This document shows, piece after piece, positions 1-13,173 of a stretch of 64,000 nt of DNA (position 1 is the stretch's first letter; each line of letters starts with the position of its first letter). The DNA lies in the NCBI RefSeq assembly GCF_001194135.2, contig NC_068982.1, forward strand, positions 60,686,966 through 60,750,965, written 5' to 3'. The notes beneath the pieces were generated by a model. That model saw only the letters and a program-made list of their open reading frames with translations, did no database searches and was not told where the DNA came from. The position numbers and the translations under genes are program-made. Origin of the DNA: Octopus bimaculoides (Eukaryota).

Positions 1-619
1 TAACAAAATACTGAAGTTGGTAAAGAGCTTTTTAGAATAAAAGGATATATAGACGGAATTTTACAAATTTGTGCTGTTGTATTAAGTTTAAAAGATGCAT
101 GCATCTTGTCATTTAACGGTTAATGTTTAGGTACAAACATACAATGTTCTTTTACTAAAACCACAGTATCAATTTAATAGAATCGTTCTAAGACAAATGT
201 ACATACTTCCATGAATCCCAACAGGCTTACTAAGGTTGCTACTTAGCTCTTATTTTATAGTTAAATAAGTAAATTTTTCTTTAATTTGAATATATACCTT
301 ATCATAAGAGATCAATTAACTAAAACCCACGTGGTTAGGTGTACTTCACAAATATAGAGTGCATTGCTCACAGGGAGATAGAACAGAACACTTACTAGTT
401 AGTATTCAATGCTATATGAATTCATAAATCTAAGTAGTATGGAATCAAACACTTTATTTAAGTACAAGCAAATTATCCTGATATAGCTCAAATTGCTTTG
501 CTTTGAGCTCTCTGTGTTGGGCTCCCCACGTTGGGCCCCCTGTTTTGAGCTCTCTGCTCATGTCATGAGAAGTCAATTCTGACAAAACTCATCTCTCTCC
601 TCTTCAGGTCTGATTATTG

Positions 620-818
620 CTGATTTCTACCAGAGGTAGAAAGAGAGAGAAACAAGATTATCAACTCCAGTACTCGACTAGTACTTTGTATATCAACCCA
701 AAGTGAATAAAAGACAAAGTTGACTTGGTAGGATTTGAACTCAGAGTGCAAAGAGCTGGAACAGACATCACAGGGAATTTTTTTTTTTTTTTCAATGCTC
801 CAGTGATTCTGTCAATTC
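620..818 (-). mobile_element. MetaSINE-like element (family B)
   Basis: The reverse complement has a B-box-like CTGAGTTCAAATCC followed by GTCAACTTTGTCTTTTATTCACTTTGGGTTGATATACAAAGTACTAG, resembling the Meta core GCCTTTCATCCTTTCGGGGTCGATAAAATAAGTACC. Related copies are at 19040, 26830, 31090 and 59741. Confidence 0.65.
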
Positions 819-1328
819 ACCACATTAATCTAATTCGCTAGTGAAGAAAACTAAGGCATATAGAATTTACCATGTCTTGCCTAGAGCTACAGCAAAATGT
901 CGATAGTAAGATTTTGAGCTCATGACCCATGAAACAGTAGACTGCTACCATTCATAGTGCACATATATACATATGTATGTGGCCAGAACATTACCACTTT
1001 CATCAAGTATATACAAAGGAGAGAGGTAGCAGGGGTAATTTCATAAGACGTCACTGTTGCTATGTATAAAACCAGGATAGCTAAGAGAACTCAACTCATC
1101 GATATGAACAGTGAATGGAATTAAATTGTGTATGTTAATGTATATGTGTGTGTACATATATACACATGCACACACACACATGCACTTTGTTATATATATT
1201 ATATACACATCATGAATAATAGATATTATATAATATATGCAATATATATATACTATATAAATATACAGATATATTATGTATATTTTTATATATATACACA
1301 TACATGTGTGTGTGTGTGTGTGTATACC

Positions 1329-1376
<48 letters not shown>

Positions 1377-2299
1377 NNNNNNNNNNNNNNNNNNNNNNNN
1401 NNNNNNNNNNNNNNNNNNNNNNNNNNNNNNNNNNNNNNNNNNNNNNNNNNNNNNNNNNNNNNNNNNNNNNNNNNNNNNNNNNNNNNNNNNNNNNNNNNNN
1501 NNNNNNNNNNNNNNNNNNNNNNNNNNNNNNNNNNNNNNNNNNNNNNNNNNNNNNNNNNNNNNNNNNNNNNNNNNNNNNNNNNNNNNNNNNNNNNNNNNNN
1601 NNNNNNNNNNNNNNNNNNNNNNNNNNTATATATATATATATATATATATATAGTTAATGGAAATTAACTAGAATATTGTAAAAGTAGATTAGCTTTTTCC
1701 TAATTCTTTTTCTTTTTTTATGGGAAACAACATTAACATGATCAATATATAAAAAAAAGTATTAATCTGAACAGTCTTTCATTTTCTCCATTTTTTTTTT
1801 TTTTTACCACCCACCCACCTTTTGCAGTTCAGTTAAAGCTAAGGATATTTATTAAATGAATTTGTTAAACATTACATCTCTGGGTTTGGATAACATGTAA
1901 CTAAACTGTGGCTATGGTTGAGTGGTAGGTTATTTTATGAATGTTGATGTTTTATTGATAGTACTGGGTATATTATTGATTGAAGAGTATTGGGATTATG
2001 TACAAAATCAAATATTTTCTTTACCATGACTTTGATCAAAGCACCATTTGCTTACATTACAATATAATATCTGGCTTAGTTACTCAGAGTGCCTTTGTTC
2101 ACTGAAATGGTTAAGTTGTTTAAATTTAAATAGAGGACTTTCAATTACTTGTGTAAAGTGAAATATGGAGCTAATATAGTTGAAGTCAAAAATGTATGCA
2201 GACGAAAACTACTGAAATCATAGGAACCAGTCTAAGCTAGCTTGTTCTTTATCATTTTTACAACTTTGTCTTCTTCATTGTTGTCCTCTTTTGTTCAAC

Positions 2300-2700
2300 T
2301 TCAAGCTAACTTAGGAATGGTATTCTCACTTTGAATACAGCCCACAATTGTGAACACATATTGATCCTCTGTTATATTGAATAGTGAACTGCTCTGCATG
2401 CATCAGTAGCAGGAGTATGTACATTCCTTTAGATCTATTTGTTGTTCAGGGCAGCACATGGTCATCCACGTCTTTTAGCAGTAGACAACCAAGCCACAAA
2501 TAGCTCTTAAGTAGACTGCTTGAGAAGCAGGCATGTAAATGAAATGGCATTGTACACCTATGTTAGTATCACAATATAATGCTGACTGCATATTACAAAC
2601 TTGCTTTTATTTTTAAGAGCTATTGACAAGTTTGATTTCATTCTTCTTGATATATATTAGTCAGGACCATCCAGAATTGCCGGCTTCTTCATGAGTATGT
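2300..2700 (-). mobile_element. Possible RTE-clade LINE relic (post-RT C-terminal region)
   Basis: With frameshifts it reads CHFIYMPASQ / ELFVAWLSTAKRRG*P / ATDACRAVH, weakly resembling RTE GHVIRMPDSR...LYGELSTGKRPRGRP...ASDRSAWRSAVH. Confidence 0.3.
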
Positions 2701-3989
2701 TTACTTCTTCAGATCATTGCTGTAGCTAGTTGGGGTCTTTTTGGGGTCATATTAAAACTCATTCATCCTGAAATATAAGTATATTATGCATAGTAAATCT
2801 CTACATTGCGGAAATAGGTGCAGTATTTTCCTGACCAAAGAGAAGAGTGAAAGCAGTTGTTCTGAACTATCAAAGTCAAAATACAATAATTATATCATAA
2901 AACCTTTGATAAATTCATGCGTCATAGCTCATAGAAAAACAGAAAGCTTCTGTTGAAAAATAAAACAATATGGCTATATTACATTCCTTGCATTAGTAAA
3001 GAACTGCCGAAGGCAATAATTACCATTATAGTCAAAAGAATTTCATTGCAAACATGAATAACAATAATATAAAGTTTGTATTTGTCATGTAATTCATAAC
3101 ACAAGTGTTCTCAACAAATCTCTCTTCTTGTTAATATTAGTGTCTTCCTCTAAATATATTTCTCTATTTGTTAACAGCTTTCTTAATCCATAACATACAT
3201 GCTACTTGGCTTTTTCTTTCTACTAAAGAAATATTTATAAGATATTCCGAATTTTCAGGTAAAAGCAATCGTAGTATTATTGTAGATGACAGAAAGCCTA
3301 AGATGTGTGTGTGTGTGTGTGTATACACACACACACAAACACACATATATATATGCACTTTACGTATATAGATATCTATATCACATTTCTGAGTTTAAAT
3401 CTCACCAGGGTCAACTGTGTATTTTATCTCTTATTTATATTACCCTGTTTTAAGTTTATCTCTTCATGCTAGCATTGTGGAAAGGCTTTTGTTACATTAA
3501 CTGTTACAGCTAGATGCCTTTGCCTGCATTTCCCACCACTCATCTGTACAGGAGCAGAGCTTCTTCCTAGTGATAAACTGAGTGTGGTGAGGGGTGGGTA
3601 GACAATATAGTAGATGTAGGGAAATTTAAACATGCGACGATGTGGTCGGCAGTCCAGCCACCTTAACCTCACTGGCTTTGTACCCAAAAAGTCAATAAAA
3701 TAAATATAATTATTGCATTGAAGTTGAGTCAATCAACTATTCTCCTTCACTTTATGAAAAATATGTTTCACCAAAAAATCAATATCTCCATGCTGTAATA
3801 CAAAGTAGATAACATTGTATGAGATCGGTAATTTATATAAACAGTAAGTAGAAAAACACAGGATAAATTTAATAACTTCTCAAATCCATTTTAGATTTTA
3901 AAAGATACTAAACATAAATGAAATGAAACTTTTTAGGCACAAGCTATGCTATAGTAACAATGTTATAGTGTTAAACTTATGTTCTTATA

Positions 3990-4260
3990 CTGATATCAAA
4001 TCTTACCATACTTTCTTTGCCTTTCATCATACATTTTCACTCTCTTCAGCTATTATAAACATCATTAACTTCACTTCTATTTTCAGTGCTGACATAAGTT
4101 GTATAAGGTCTGTAATACATGACTTATCTCTATCATTTGCAGCTCCAACAAAGTATGTATCAGTTAAAAACAATGCTGTTGGTGGTAGTTTTAGTTATGT
4201 TGTATGTATTTCATGAGGTTTTTGGCATAGTTTTTTATTGCTGGATAGCCTCCCATCATT
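3990..4260 (-). mobile_element. Possible RTE-clade LINE relic (5' motif and endonuclease fragment)
   Basis: The minus strand has GGGAGGCTATCCAGCAATAAAAAACTATGCCAAAA, the same motif as family C. It is followed by ITDLIQL/YVSTENRSEVNDVYNS, resembling the apurinic-endonuclease segment ITIIQVYAPT...EEKDEFY. Confidence 0.3.
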
Positions 4261-5021
4261 AATCTATACAATGGGGTGAACCAGCTGTATTTATCTTAAC
4301 ACAAACCCAAGAGAAGTTATCAACAACGTATTGGCATGAAACACTGCAACAAAGTGGACTAGATGAATTAATCAGAAAAGAAGTTGTCCTTTCCCAACCC
4401 CAACTCCTTAATTCACAATAGAATACATATCAATAATATATCAGTCTTGGTTTTGAATGCCTATTCTAACTTCTGTGTCATTATTTAAAAATCAGTTGTT
4501 TCTGATTTGTTTTTTGTTTTTAGCATCTTTGAAACAAAAGAAAATTACCTGATTTAATGTTTATCAAAGACAGTTACTTATGTCGAATTTATGCTTGTAA
4601 CAGACATCATTCAAATCAGATTTTGAGATCTTGAATTGTTCATTCATTTCTTCTCCAATTCATGGTGTGCTCTACTTAATTTTTGGGCATTATCTTAAAC
4701 TCAAATTAAATTACATAATAATTCACCTGCTTCCAAGCTATTCTAACAATTTCAGAATTTCTTGTAGATAACTTAGTAAACAATATTTACAATTTCTTTT
4801 CTACTTTTTCCTCTTTTTTTTTGCACTTCTGTCAACACATTCCTAATTGATTTCCCTTTTTATTTGGTATATTTATTAATTTATTTCAGCACATTATAAG
4901 TACGAAAGCAATTACTTGATTTTTAACTAAATCTTTCTCAAAGCAAAGAAAGTTTCTCACATTTATTAACTACACAAGCTCACCCCCTAACATAAATACT
5001 TCTTTTATTCTGTTATTTTTA

Positions 5022-5054
<33 letters not shown>

Positions 5055-6964
5055 TGCGATTGCCTAAGCAAAATGAAACATCTGGAGGAGGTACCATGCC
5101 AAAATTTAAAACCCACGTAACCCACAAATCTGATAGGCTGATAATAGGCCAGAATGATTTCTAGCTTGAAACAGAAAGTATTAATCAATGAAATATCTGC
5201 CTGAAGTATTTGTGCACCATCAAAATGATTATGACAACAATGATAATTTTAGTATCAAATTTTCCTAACAGTGTTTCTAAACATTTTAATTTTATAGAAA
5301 ACTTACATAAAACTTGGAGTACTTTTAAATCATGCAGCCTCCTTAATAGGTCAGTTGATTGATCCTTAAATTAATTAATAAACTTAGTAGTTTTAAACTA
5401 GTTTGTTAATGTGCAATGGATTTCCATCAGCAGTATCAAGAAGCACCACCAGATTACCAAATGTAACAATGCTATCAACCTGTCTTGAATTAAACTAAAA
5501 TCCTAAGAGAGTGTTATCTAAGATGCTACTTAGAGATCCTCTCTGCAATGACTAATATATTGAGAAAAAATATTTTTTTGAGAATTAAAATACCTGTTTA
5601 TTTGAAATACTGTCTTAATATGTATATTCTATAACTTTAAATTATAATCTTTATATACAAAGGAACAAAAAGCATAGTGGATATATTTAAAGAGTGGAAC
5701 TTGTTTTCAATTAATTCTATCATTCGATACCACTTTTATTATTCATTTAGTACAGTAATAGAAAAAGCTACCTGAATTTAAAACAATAACCTTATAACTT
5801 TGAATGAAATTATTAAATAATTACTTGTCACGATTTGCTTTTGGAGAATAAATGAATTTAAATCATGCCTTGTGTAAATTTTATCATATTCCCATAAAAT
5901 ATCAAAATTATTAGTTTCTAATTTGAAAATTCTATAAAATTTGTCATTGTTTAAAAAATGATTTAGAACTAATAATGAAAATTTGTACTTTTTATTGAAT
6001 TAATATTTTGTTTTTCTTTAAATCTACTAATTGTTTTCAGTGATTATAGTTTAATGTACTTCTTCAAAATGTGATCTTTTTTTAAATATTGAACCTAAAC
6101 AAAAAAGGAAAAGGTGTACATTCTCGTATGATTGTTTCAGGCAAAATGATAAGTTCTTATGTGTAATTCCTAAAGCCTAAGAGTTGTAGAGTTAAGGTGA
6201 ATGAATGGAAGCTAGAACATTCATGCATTTATCAGTCACTTGTCTTATGAATAATACATACATATGTGCAACTGATTGTAAATGAAAGTAGCTACCTTAC
6301 TGCATTGTGGACTCAATATATGTATATATATGTATATACATTCATATATCTATATATGTTTGTGTGTGTATGCATGTATATATGTGTGTGTGTATGCATG
6401 TATATATATATATATATATGAAATCTACAGCTTGATGAGGTAGCTGTGTTGCTTCATGTATTTGGAAATTTTCTTAGTTATGAAAATAAGGATGTAGTAT
6501 AGCATATTAACATTCATTTATACCAACATAATCAGTTGTATCATAGCAGAATAATATTTTACATAGATGACTTCTGTTTCATTTATTAAGGTTATTCAAA
6601 ACATTTATTATGTACAATGTTCTTCCAATACATTCCCCAATAATTTTGATAACATAGTAACACTAGAATGGCAAAGGGAAGGGAACCATTTTTTTGTTGT
6701 GGACAATTTGCATTTATCTCTTTCTAGATCACATCCACTTTTTGGTGTAGATGAAAATAATGAATAACAACTCTCAAAGCAGAAGTGATGACAAGTATAA
6801 TAAAGAGTATAGTTTTCAAAAAAGTTCGCTTTTGAAACTGTATCTGACCACCTCAATGATCAAATACTTCATTAAAAAAATGCAATTTCAAAAGAAGTTA
6901 AGGAATTATATATTTCATAGTTATGAAAAACCATTGAATTTCCACAGGTACACCTAGTTTGTAT

Positions 6965-7560
6965 CAACATCATCATCCTCATCAGTTAACATCCATTTTC
7001 CATGCTGGCATGTGTTGGATGGCTTGGCAGGATCTGATGGATCCAAGGACTGCATTATGCTCCAGTGTCTACTTTGGCATGGATTCTGTGACTGGATGCC
7101 TTTCAAAATGTCAGCCACTTTACCATGTGCAATGGCTGCTTTTTCTATACTACCAGCACTAGTGAGAGTGCCATGCAACTTGCAAGCCTAGGCAGGTTTA
7201 TGCCAGAAAATGGTATGGGCTAAAGTATGAGAGAAGGGGCCAAAACAAAACAGGTTTCTTGAAATAGAGGAGTTACATGACTCCACAATTTTAGAAGAGA
7301 GGAGCTGTTTGGAAAATATAAAAATAGTGGAAATGGGTATGTAGAGGTTGCAAGAGTAAGACATGGGGAATGGGTGAAGGAGTGAATATAATGAATGAAG
7401 AACAAGTGTTGAAAGATAATAAATTGGCAAGGTAGGAAAGAGTAGGTGACAACTGTAGAGATTGGATAGGGGTGAGGAGTTGATGTAGCAAATAATGGAT
7501 AATGGAGGGAGCGGAATGTATGTGGGTGAAGAGCAGCAGAAACAATTCCCTTCATACATG
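6965..7560 (-). mobile_element. RTE-tailed non-autonomous retroelement/SINE (family C)
   Basis: A (CAT)n tail and TTAACATCCATTTTCCATGCTGGCATGTGTTGGATGG, then CTGGATGCCTT...CCACTTTAC, then a purine-rich segment. It is homologous to 34216-34570 and, inverted, to 43735-44203. Confidence 0.75.
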
Positions 7561-9286
7561 AAATTAAGACTGTACTCTTATTACTCTTTAGAATTTTATA
7601 CAAAACTCAGATTGAGAATATTTTTACTGCACATTTCAGTAAATATTTACATTCCTCAATCAATTAAATTTCATCTTTTTTATTACCTTTTTCTATTTTT
7701 ACTCTTTTGTCTCTTGCTAAATATCAAGAAACAACTTGGGGTGATTTTCTTTAGTGTGAAAGTGTCTCAGCCCTCTTTTGCATAATCTCCACTCCATTTA
7801 GTGTTGACACTGAACTTTGATGAGGTCATTCTTGGCTCTTTGTTTTCTTCAGCATTTATTTGGAACTCTAAACCAGATACAATATTTGTTAGCATTTCTT
7901 TCTATTGAGGTTTTACAAATTAATTCTATTTTTTCATTTTTTGTTATATTCCTCCTTTTTAATTTTAATATTTCTAGGAGTTTTTTGTTTTGTTTTTAAT
8001 AGAGTTTTCTTGTTTTATAAAATCAATAACTTAGTCAATATAAAACTATGACTGATATTCATTCTATTCATAATTGCAAGGTATTAAGAAAAATAACTTG
8101 AAAGAAATATTACCCTATTTTTAATATCTTTTTTTACTCTTTTATTTGAAAATTATAGATTCTATCATTAATATAAAATAAAATATGCTAAGTTTTATTT
8201 CATTTTTGCTCATATACACACACAAACACATACTCACAAACATATACGCATCCTTATGCTCCAGTTTGTGTCTAAATTTTATACAAAATATGAATAAAAA
8301 CAAACAAAATTCCATGATTGTGCCATTTTCTAGATAAACTTAATGTACATGGTTATGATTTGGCATGAAAGCTATAATTAATAATGTTTAAAATACTTAT
8401 AATCTACCTACTTCAACATATAAATTACCACTTACTTTTCTCTATGTAAATTTGACAGGACTAAAAATTTGTATAAGAATTGCATTTTATACTGTTGATA
8501 TTTTATCGTTTCTACATTCAATATTTCTTTATTTCAGGATCAACTGAGTACCATAGGCGAAAACGTAAGTTCATCCAAACTAGTCCAAAAGTTTGCATAT
8601 ATAATACATTAAAATGTAAAACTTTATATCAAGTTTATCTAGAATTGATAGGTTGTTTGGGATTAAAATAAGTTGGTTTCTTTTTTTTTTTTTAAAGAGA
8701 GATTACCTTTATATAAGATCTAGAGCATTCAGCACCTTTATCAAGATATAAACATGTGTGTGCATGTGTTGATTGTATATTTATATGTATACATTATATG
8801 TGTATATACGTATGAGTATGTACATAATATATGTATATGTGTGGTGGGGTATACATACACGTATGTTCAAATGCTACTTTTGATATAGCATTTTATTTCA
8901 TAGTATTTTACCCTTCAGCAAACCTGAAATGTAGATATCACTACTTGCCCTTCACCATCGCTGTTTAGCGGCCTGGCTTTAGGTAAAACAATAAACAGGA
9001 ATAATATTCAATCCAACAATATATGCACAAATAAACTTTTTTTTTTCTATTAGCCAACCTTACCTACTTTGTAAAAGCAGCTATGCAGTGTATATGTGCA
9101 TGTATGCACATCTACATGAATGTATGTGTGGGGTTTTTTTTTCTATTTTTATGGGAATTTCATGAATTGAAATAGTGTTTTTTATTTTGGATTTTTTTTT
9201 TTTTTTGTAGCTAGTATATTGTTTTAATCATTAATTCTTGTAACAATATTTCTTTAGAAAAAATAACTTCAAACAATTTTTACTTT

Positions 9287-9318
<32 letters not shown>

Positions 9319-9601
9319 NNNNNNNNNNNNNNNNNNNNNNNNNNNNNNNNNNNNNNNNNNNNNNNNNNNNNNNNNNNNNNNNNNNNNNNNNNNNNNNNNN
9401 NNNNNNNNNNNNNNNNNNNNNNNNNNNNNNNNNNNNNNNNNNNNNNNNNNNNNNNNNNNNNNNNNNNNNNNATGTATATAAACATTTTTGTATTTACATT
9501 TTGAAATTTCATCCTAAGAAAACAAATACTTGGATTTCTTAAGGAGTTGTTAATATTTACTAAACCATTCTTTTTTGTAATTTACCCCATCACTAGCCTG
9601 T

Positions 9602-9612
9602 TATTGTTGTTG

Positions 9613-9673
<61 letters not shown>
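9602..9673. repeat. (TTG)n(TTA)n trinucleotide microsatellite
   Basis: Read directly from the sequence. Confidence 0.95.
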
Positions 9674-9675
<2 letters not shown>

Positions 9676-9896
9676 CCCTTTATCTTGATCACTATGTATT
9701 AAAAACTATTATTAAAAAGCAATGATGTTACTTTTAACAACCAATTTGATTGTTACCAGTTTTTCCAATTTCCCCACCACCAAATTAAACAAAATCATTT
9801 TTTTACATATTTAACTACAAAAGCTGAAGGATGTAACTTACTTTCTTATAATTTACACACATACTATGTAATTATATATATTTGTATATTTATGTG

Positions 9897-9898
<2 letters not shown>

Positions 9899-9947
<49 letters not shown>
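9899..9947. repeat. (CA)n microsatellite
   Basis: Read directly from the sequence. Confidence 0.95.
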
Positions 9948-9951
<4 letters not shown>

Positions 9952-10164
9952 TCACATTCAGTATTTATACTTTCAGAATTTTTTTCTGAGTGGCTAAGCA
10001 TGTGTATGTATCTATATATGAACTTAAATGCATACAGACATTGTTTGCTTTGGTGTGCTTCATACAAAACGTTAAATATTAATTTGAAGGGTCATTCAAT
10101 ATCTTTCAATTGAGTACCATATATGCTTTATTTTTTATACTGACGCATGACTTCTAAATCCAAC

Positions 10165-10270
10165 TTTTTGAGGTTCATTCTCAATGTGTGACACTTTAGA
10201 CAAGAGTTTTCTACTATAGCCCCAGACCAACATAACCCTTGTCAATAGATTTGCTGGGTGGAAACAGTGT
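10165..10270 (+). mobile_element. SINE family A fragment
   Basis: gacactttagacaagagttttctactatagccccagaccaacataacccttgtcaatagatttgctgggtggaaac aligns with 20794-20880. Confidence 0.65.
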
Positions 10271-10593
10271 GTGTATGTGTGCATATGTGCTGTTGTGGTT
10301 GTATTTCCTAGTTTTAGTCATTCATGAGGCTGTAAATGTGTAACATTGTCATACAAATCTTCATGTTGGTCATGGGGAAATATTATCTAGCACACACACA
10401 CATGCACATGTGCCACAGTGATGCATTGAACATAGCAATTCTACTCTAAAATGAACTGTTTTCAGTACTCACTTTTAGAAGAAATAGTGCTAAGTACAAT
10501 CCGCTACTGTGTCTGAGTGTGCATGTGTGATTAATATTCAAAATATCCATTTCTAATAAAACTCAATATATATATATTATATGTATTATTATA

Positions 10594-10636
<43 letters not shown>

Positions 10637-10646
10637 NNNNNNNNNN

Positions 10647-10690
<44 letters not shown>

Positions 10691-11055
10691 ATAAATTATG
10701 TATATATACACAACATATATATATGTGTGTGAAAACATATATATATATGTATGTATATGAACGTTTGTGACATTTTTATTATATGTTTGCATATGCGTAC
10801 TCTGTGTAACATACACATACACAACGGTTCAAGGAAATAAGCTTCACCTAAAGGCTCCAAGTCCACTAAAGGTGACATTTTAATACCAACACTAGGACAC
10901 TTAGGTAGGCCTGGCTCCCTTCTAGTGTCAGGAACCAATGAGCTGAAACGAAACACTTGCTTGACAGAGTTCTTCCTTTGAAGATTTCTTCTGCTGTCCA
11001 CTCACCCTATAGCAAGTTTTCATTTGCTTTTCAATATTATATATGATTATATATT

Positions 11056-11087
<32 letters not shown>

Positions 11088-11668
11088 CAGAGAGAGAGAG
11101 AGTGAGAGAGAGAGGTAGACAGGAAGATAGAGGCAGAGATAATTTGTATGTATGTTCATATGTATGTATGTTAACCTGTGATATGGTACTTATTTAAAAT
11201 ATACATATGTAATATATATTATCTGTATGTACATATGTATGTGTTCATGTGTATTTTTTAACAATACTTATTTGAAATTTAACAACCAATGTATTTTTGC
11301 TATTTTTTCTAAATTTCCATTTTTGTTACATTTGTATTTTTTATAAACTTCAAATTACAACACCAATAATCATATTAAATTCTACCAACTTAGTACAAAA
11401 TTTGCTACTTTGTCTCATCACTTATGAACTGGTCTATTCTAATGTAGTTTCTCCACAACAATTATATGGTTGAGAATTTCATTAAATCAATTAAGAGCAG
11501 ATAAGTATTTATTTTGACTTCAGTGATTTAATATATTGTACCAATTCCCCCCCCCTCCCCCTTTTTTTTTGTAAGTAATACTTTTTTTAATAGCTTGTGG
11601 AGTGCAGTGGTTTGAGCACCTAGAATTTTCTTGGATGAGTTTATGGGATTTCAGCATATCAAGTAATA

Positions 11669-12084
11669 NNNNNNNNNNNNNNNNNNNNNNNNNNNNNNNN
11701 NNNNNNNNNNNNNNNNNNNNNNNNNNNNNNNNNNNNNNNNNNNNNNNNNNNNNNNNNNNNNNNNNNNNNNNNNNNNNNNNNNNNNNNNNNNNNNNNNNNN
11801 NNNNNNNNNNNNNNNNNNNNNNNNNNNNNNNNNNNNNNNNNNNNNNNNNNNNNNNNNNNNNNNNNNNNNNNNNNNNNNNNNNNNNNNNNNNNNNNNNNNN
11901 NNNNNNNNNNNNNNNNNNNNNNNNNNNNNNNNNNNNNNNNNNNNNNNNNNNNNNNNNNNNNNNNNNNNNNNNNNNNNNNNNNNNNNNNNNNNNNNNNNNN
12001 NNNNNNNNNNNNNNNNNNNNNNNNNNNNNNNNNNNNNNNNNNNNNNNNNNNNNNNNNNNNNNNNNNNNNNNNNNNNNNNNNNNN
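11669..12084. other. Assembly gap, the largest of eight (others: 1377-1626, 9319-9471, 10637-10646, 22563-22708, 24252-24515, 43650-43699, 60819-60828)
   Basis: Runs of N, mostly flanked by (TA)n, (CA)n or poly-T. Confidence 0.99.
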
Positions 12085-12088
12085 TATA

Positions 12089-13121
12089 TTAGACTAAGCA
12101 ACGTTTTGAAACATGAAATTCATTACAAGTTTGTTTATTCTGGTAACATAAAAATCTGGACTTCTGGAGCTAATGAACTCTTTGAATGCACTTTCAGCAT
12201 CAGTTAGATTTTTGAACTCCTCTCGCAGGAAACCATCAAGGTGCTTGAAAAAGTGGTAGTCTGTAGGCAAAAGGTCTGGGGAATAAGCTGGGTAGGGAAG
12301 AACTTCATAGCCAAGTTCCCTCAACTTCTGAAACATCATTAGGGAAACGTGTAGTTGAGCATTGTCATGAAGAATGATTGGCTCTCTTCTGTTGACCAGT
12401 CTGGGACAGAGGAGTAGCAGTTTTTCATTCATTTTGGCAATATGTTTCTGCAATAATGGTTGTTCCAGATTTTAAGAAGTTACAGCAGATGAGTCCAGCA
12501 GTACACCACCAAACAGTCACCATAACTTTCTTTTTGATGAGCTCAGGTTTAGGGAAGGTTTTCAATGCTTCATTTTGGTCCAGCCACTGCAAAGAATGTT
12601 TTTTATTATTGCACAGAATCCACTTTTTATTGCAAGTTACAATACAGTCAAGAAATGGATCGGTTTGGTTACAGAGAAGTAGAGATGAGCAAATTTCATA
12701 TCTGCACATTTTCTGATTTTCATTCAAATCGTGTGGTACCCATTTGTCGAGCCATTTTGATTTCCTGATCCCCTGCAAGTGATCGCAGGCAGTTTTCTGG
12801 CTAACTTGAAGTTCTTTTGCCACTTCAAGTGGTTTTATGTGGATCTTTCTCAATGACGGTCTTTAATTGACCGTCATCAATGACAGATATCACAAGCAGT
12901 TTCAGCTGCTTTATGTCCTTTTTTGAAATTGAATAGCAAAATTGCTCAAATATTGTGCTTCGACAGTTCCATTTCAGATTATTGTAACAACGGTGAAGAA
13001 AATATCAATGTTAATTTATTGAAGCATTTGGAAGTCAATAGCAAAAAACTTCAAAACTCTGTAAAAATCCAGTAAAAATTCTTCATTGTTCAAAACCTTT
13101 CTTACTTTATACTCAACCTAA
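12089..13121 (-). mobile_element. Internally deleted mariner (Hsmar1/SETMAR-like) DNA transposon
   Basis: Both ends are flanked by TA (12087-12088 and 13122-13123). The 5' end on the minus strand reads TTAGGTTGAGTATAAAGTAAGAAAGGTTTTGAACAATGAA, similar to mariner TIRs. The other end reads TTAGACTAAGCAACGTTTTGAAACATGAA, a degenerate and partly deleted copy. A transposase relic lies between them. Confidence 0.88.
12094..12972 (-). pseudogene. Mariner DD34D transposase pseudogene
   Basis: It reads MELSKHNI*AILLFNFKKGHKAAETACDI, then a deletion, then VIDDGQLKTVIEKDP...EVAKEL, WVPHDL, TCNKKW (first catalytic D changed to N), HDNA and YSPDLLPTDYHFFK. It has a premature stop, frameshifts near 12840 and 12430-12450, and a C-terminus truncated after INKLV. 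Confidence 0.93.
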
Positions 13122-13173
13122 TAAATATATATATAGAAGGTAGAAAAATAACACACAAGTTGATATGTAATAA

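Noticed and set aside
1041-1667. YI/CV/TH-rich ORFs here and at about 9864, 20011, 21143, 24212, 44253, 53640-54167, 55573 and 63241
   Set aside because: These are translations of (TA)n, (TG)n and (CA)n microsatellites or of N-gaps, not proteins.
3464-3545. C*HCGKAF...C...H zinc-finger-like peptide on the + strand
   Set aside because: It has an in-frame stop, lacks the conserved Leu and first His, and has no linker or neighbouring fingers. Probably chance.
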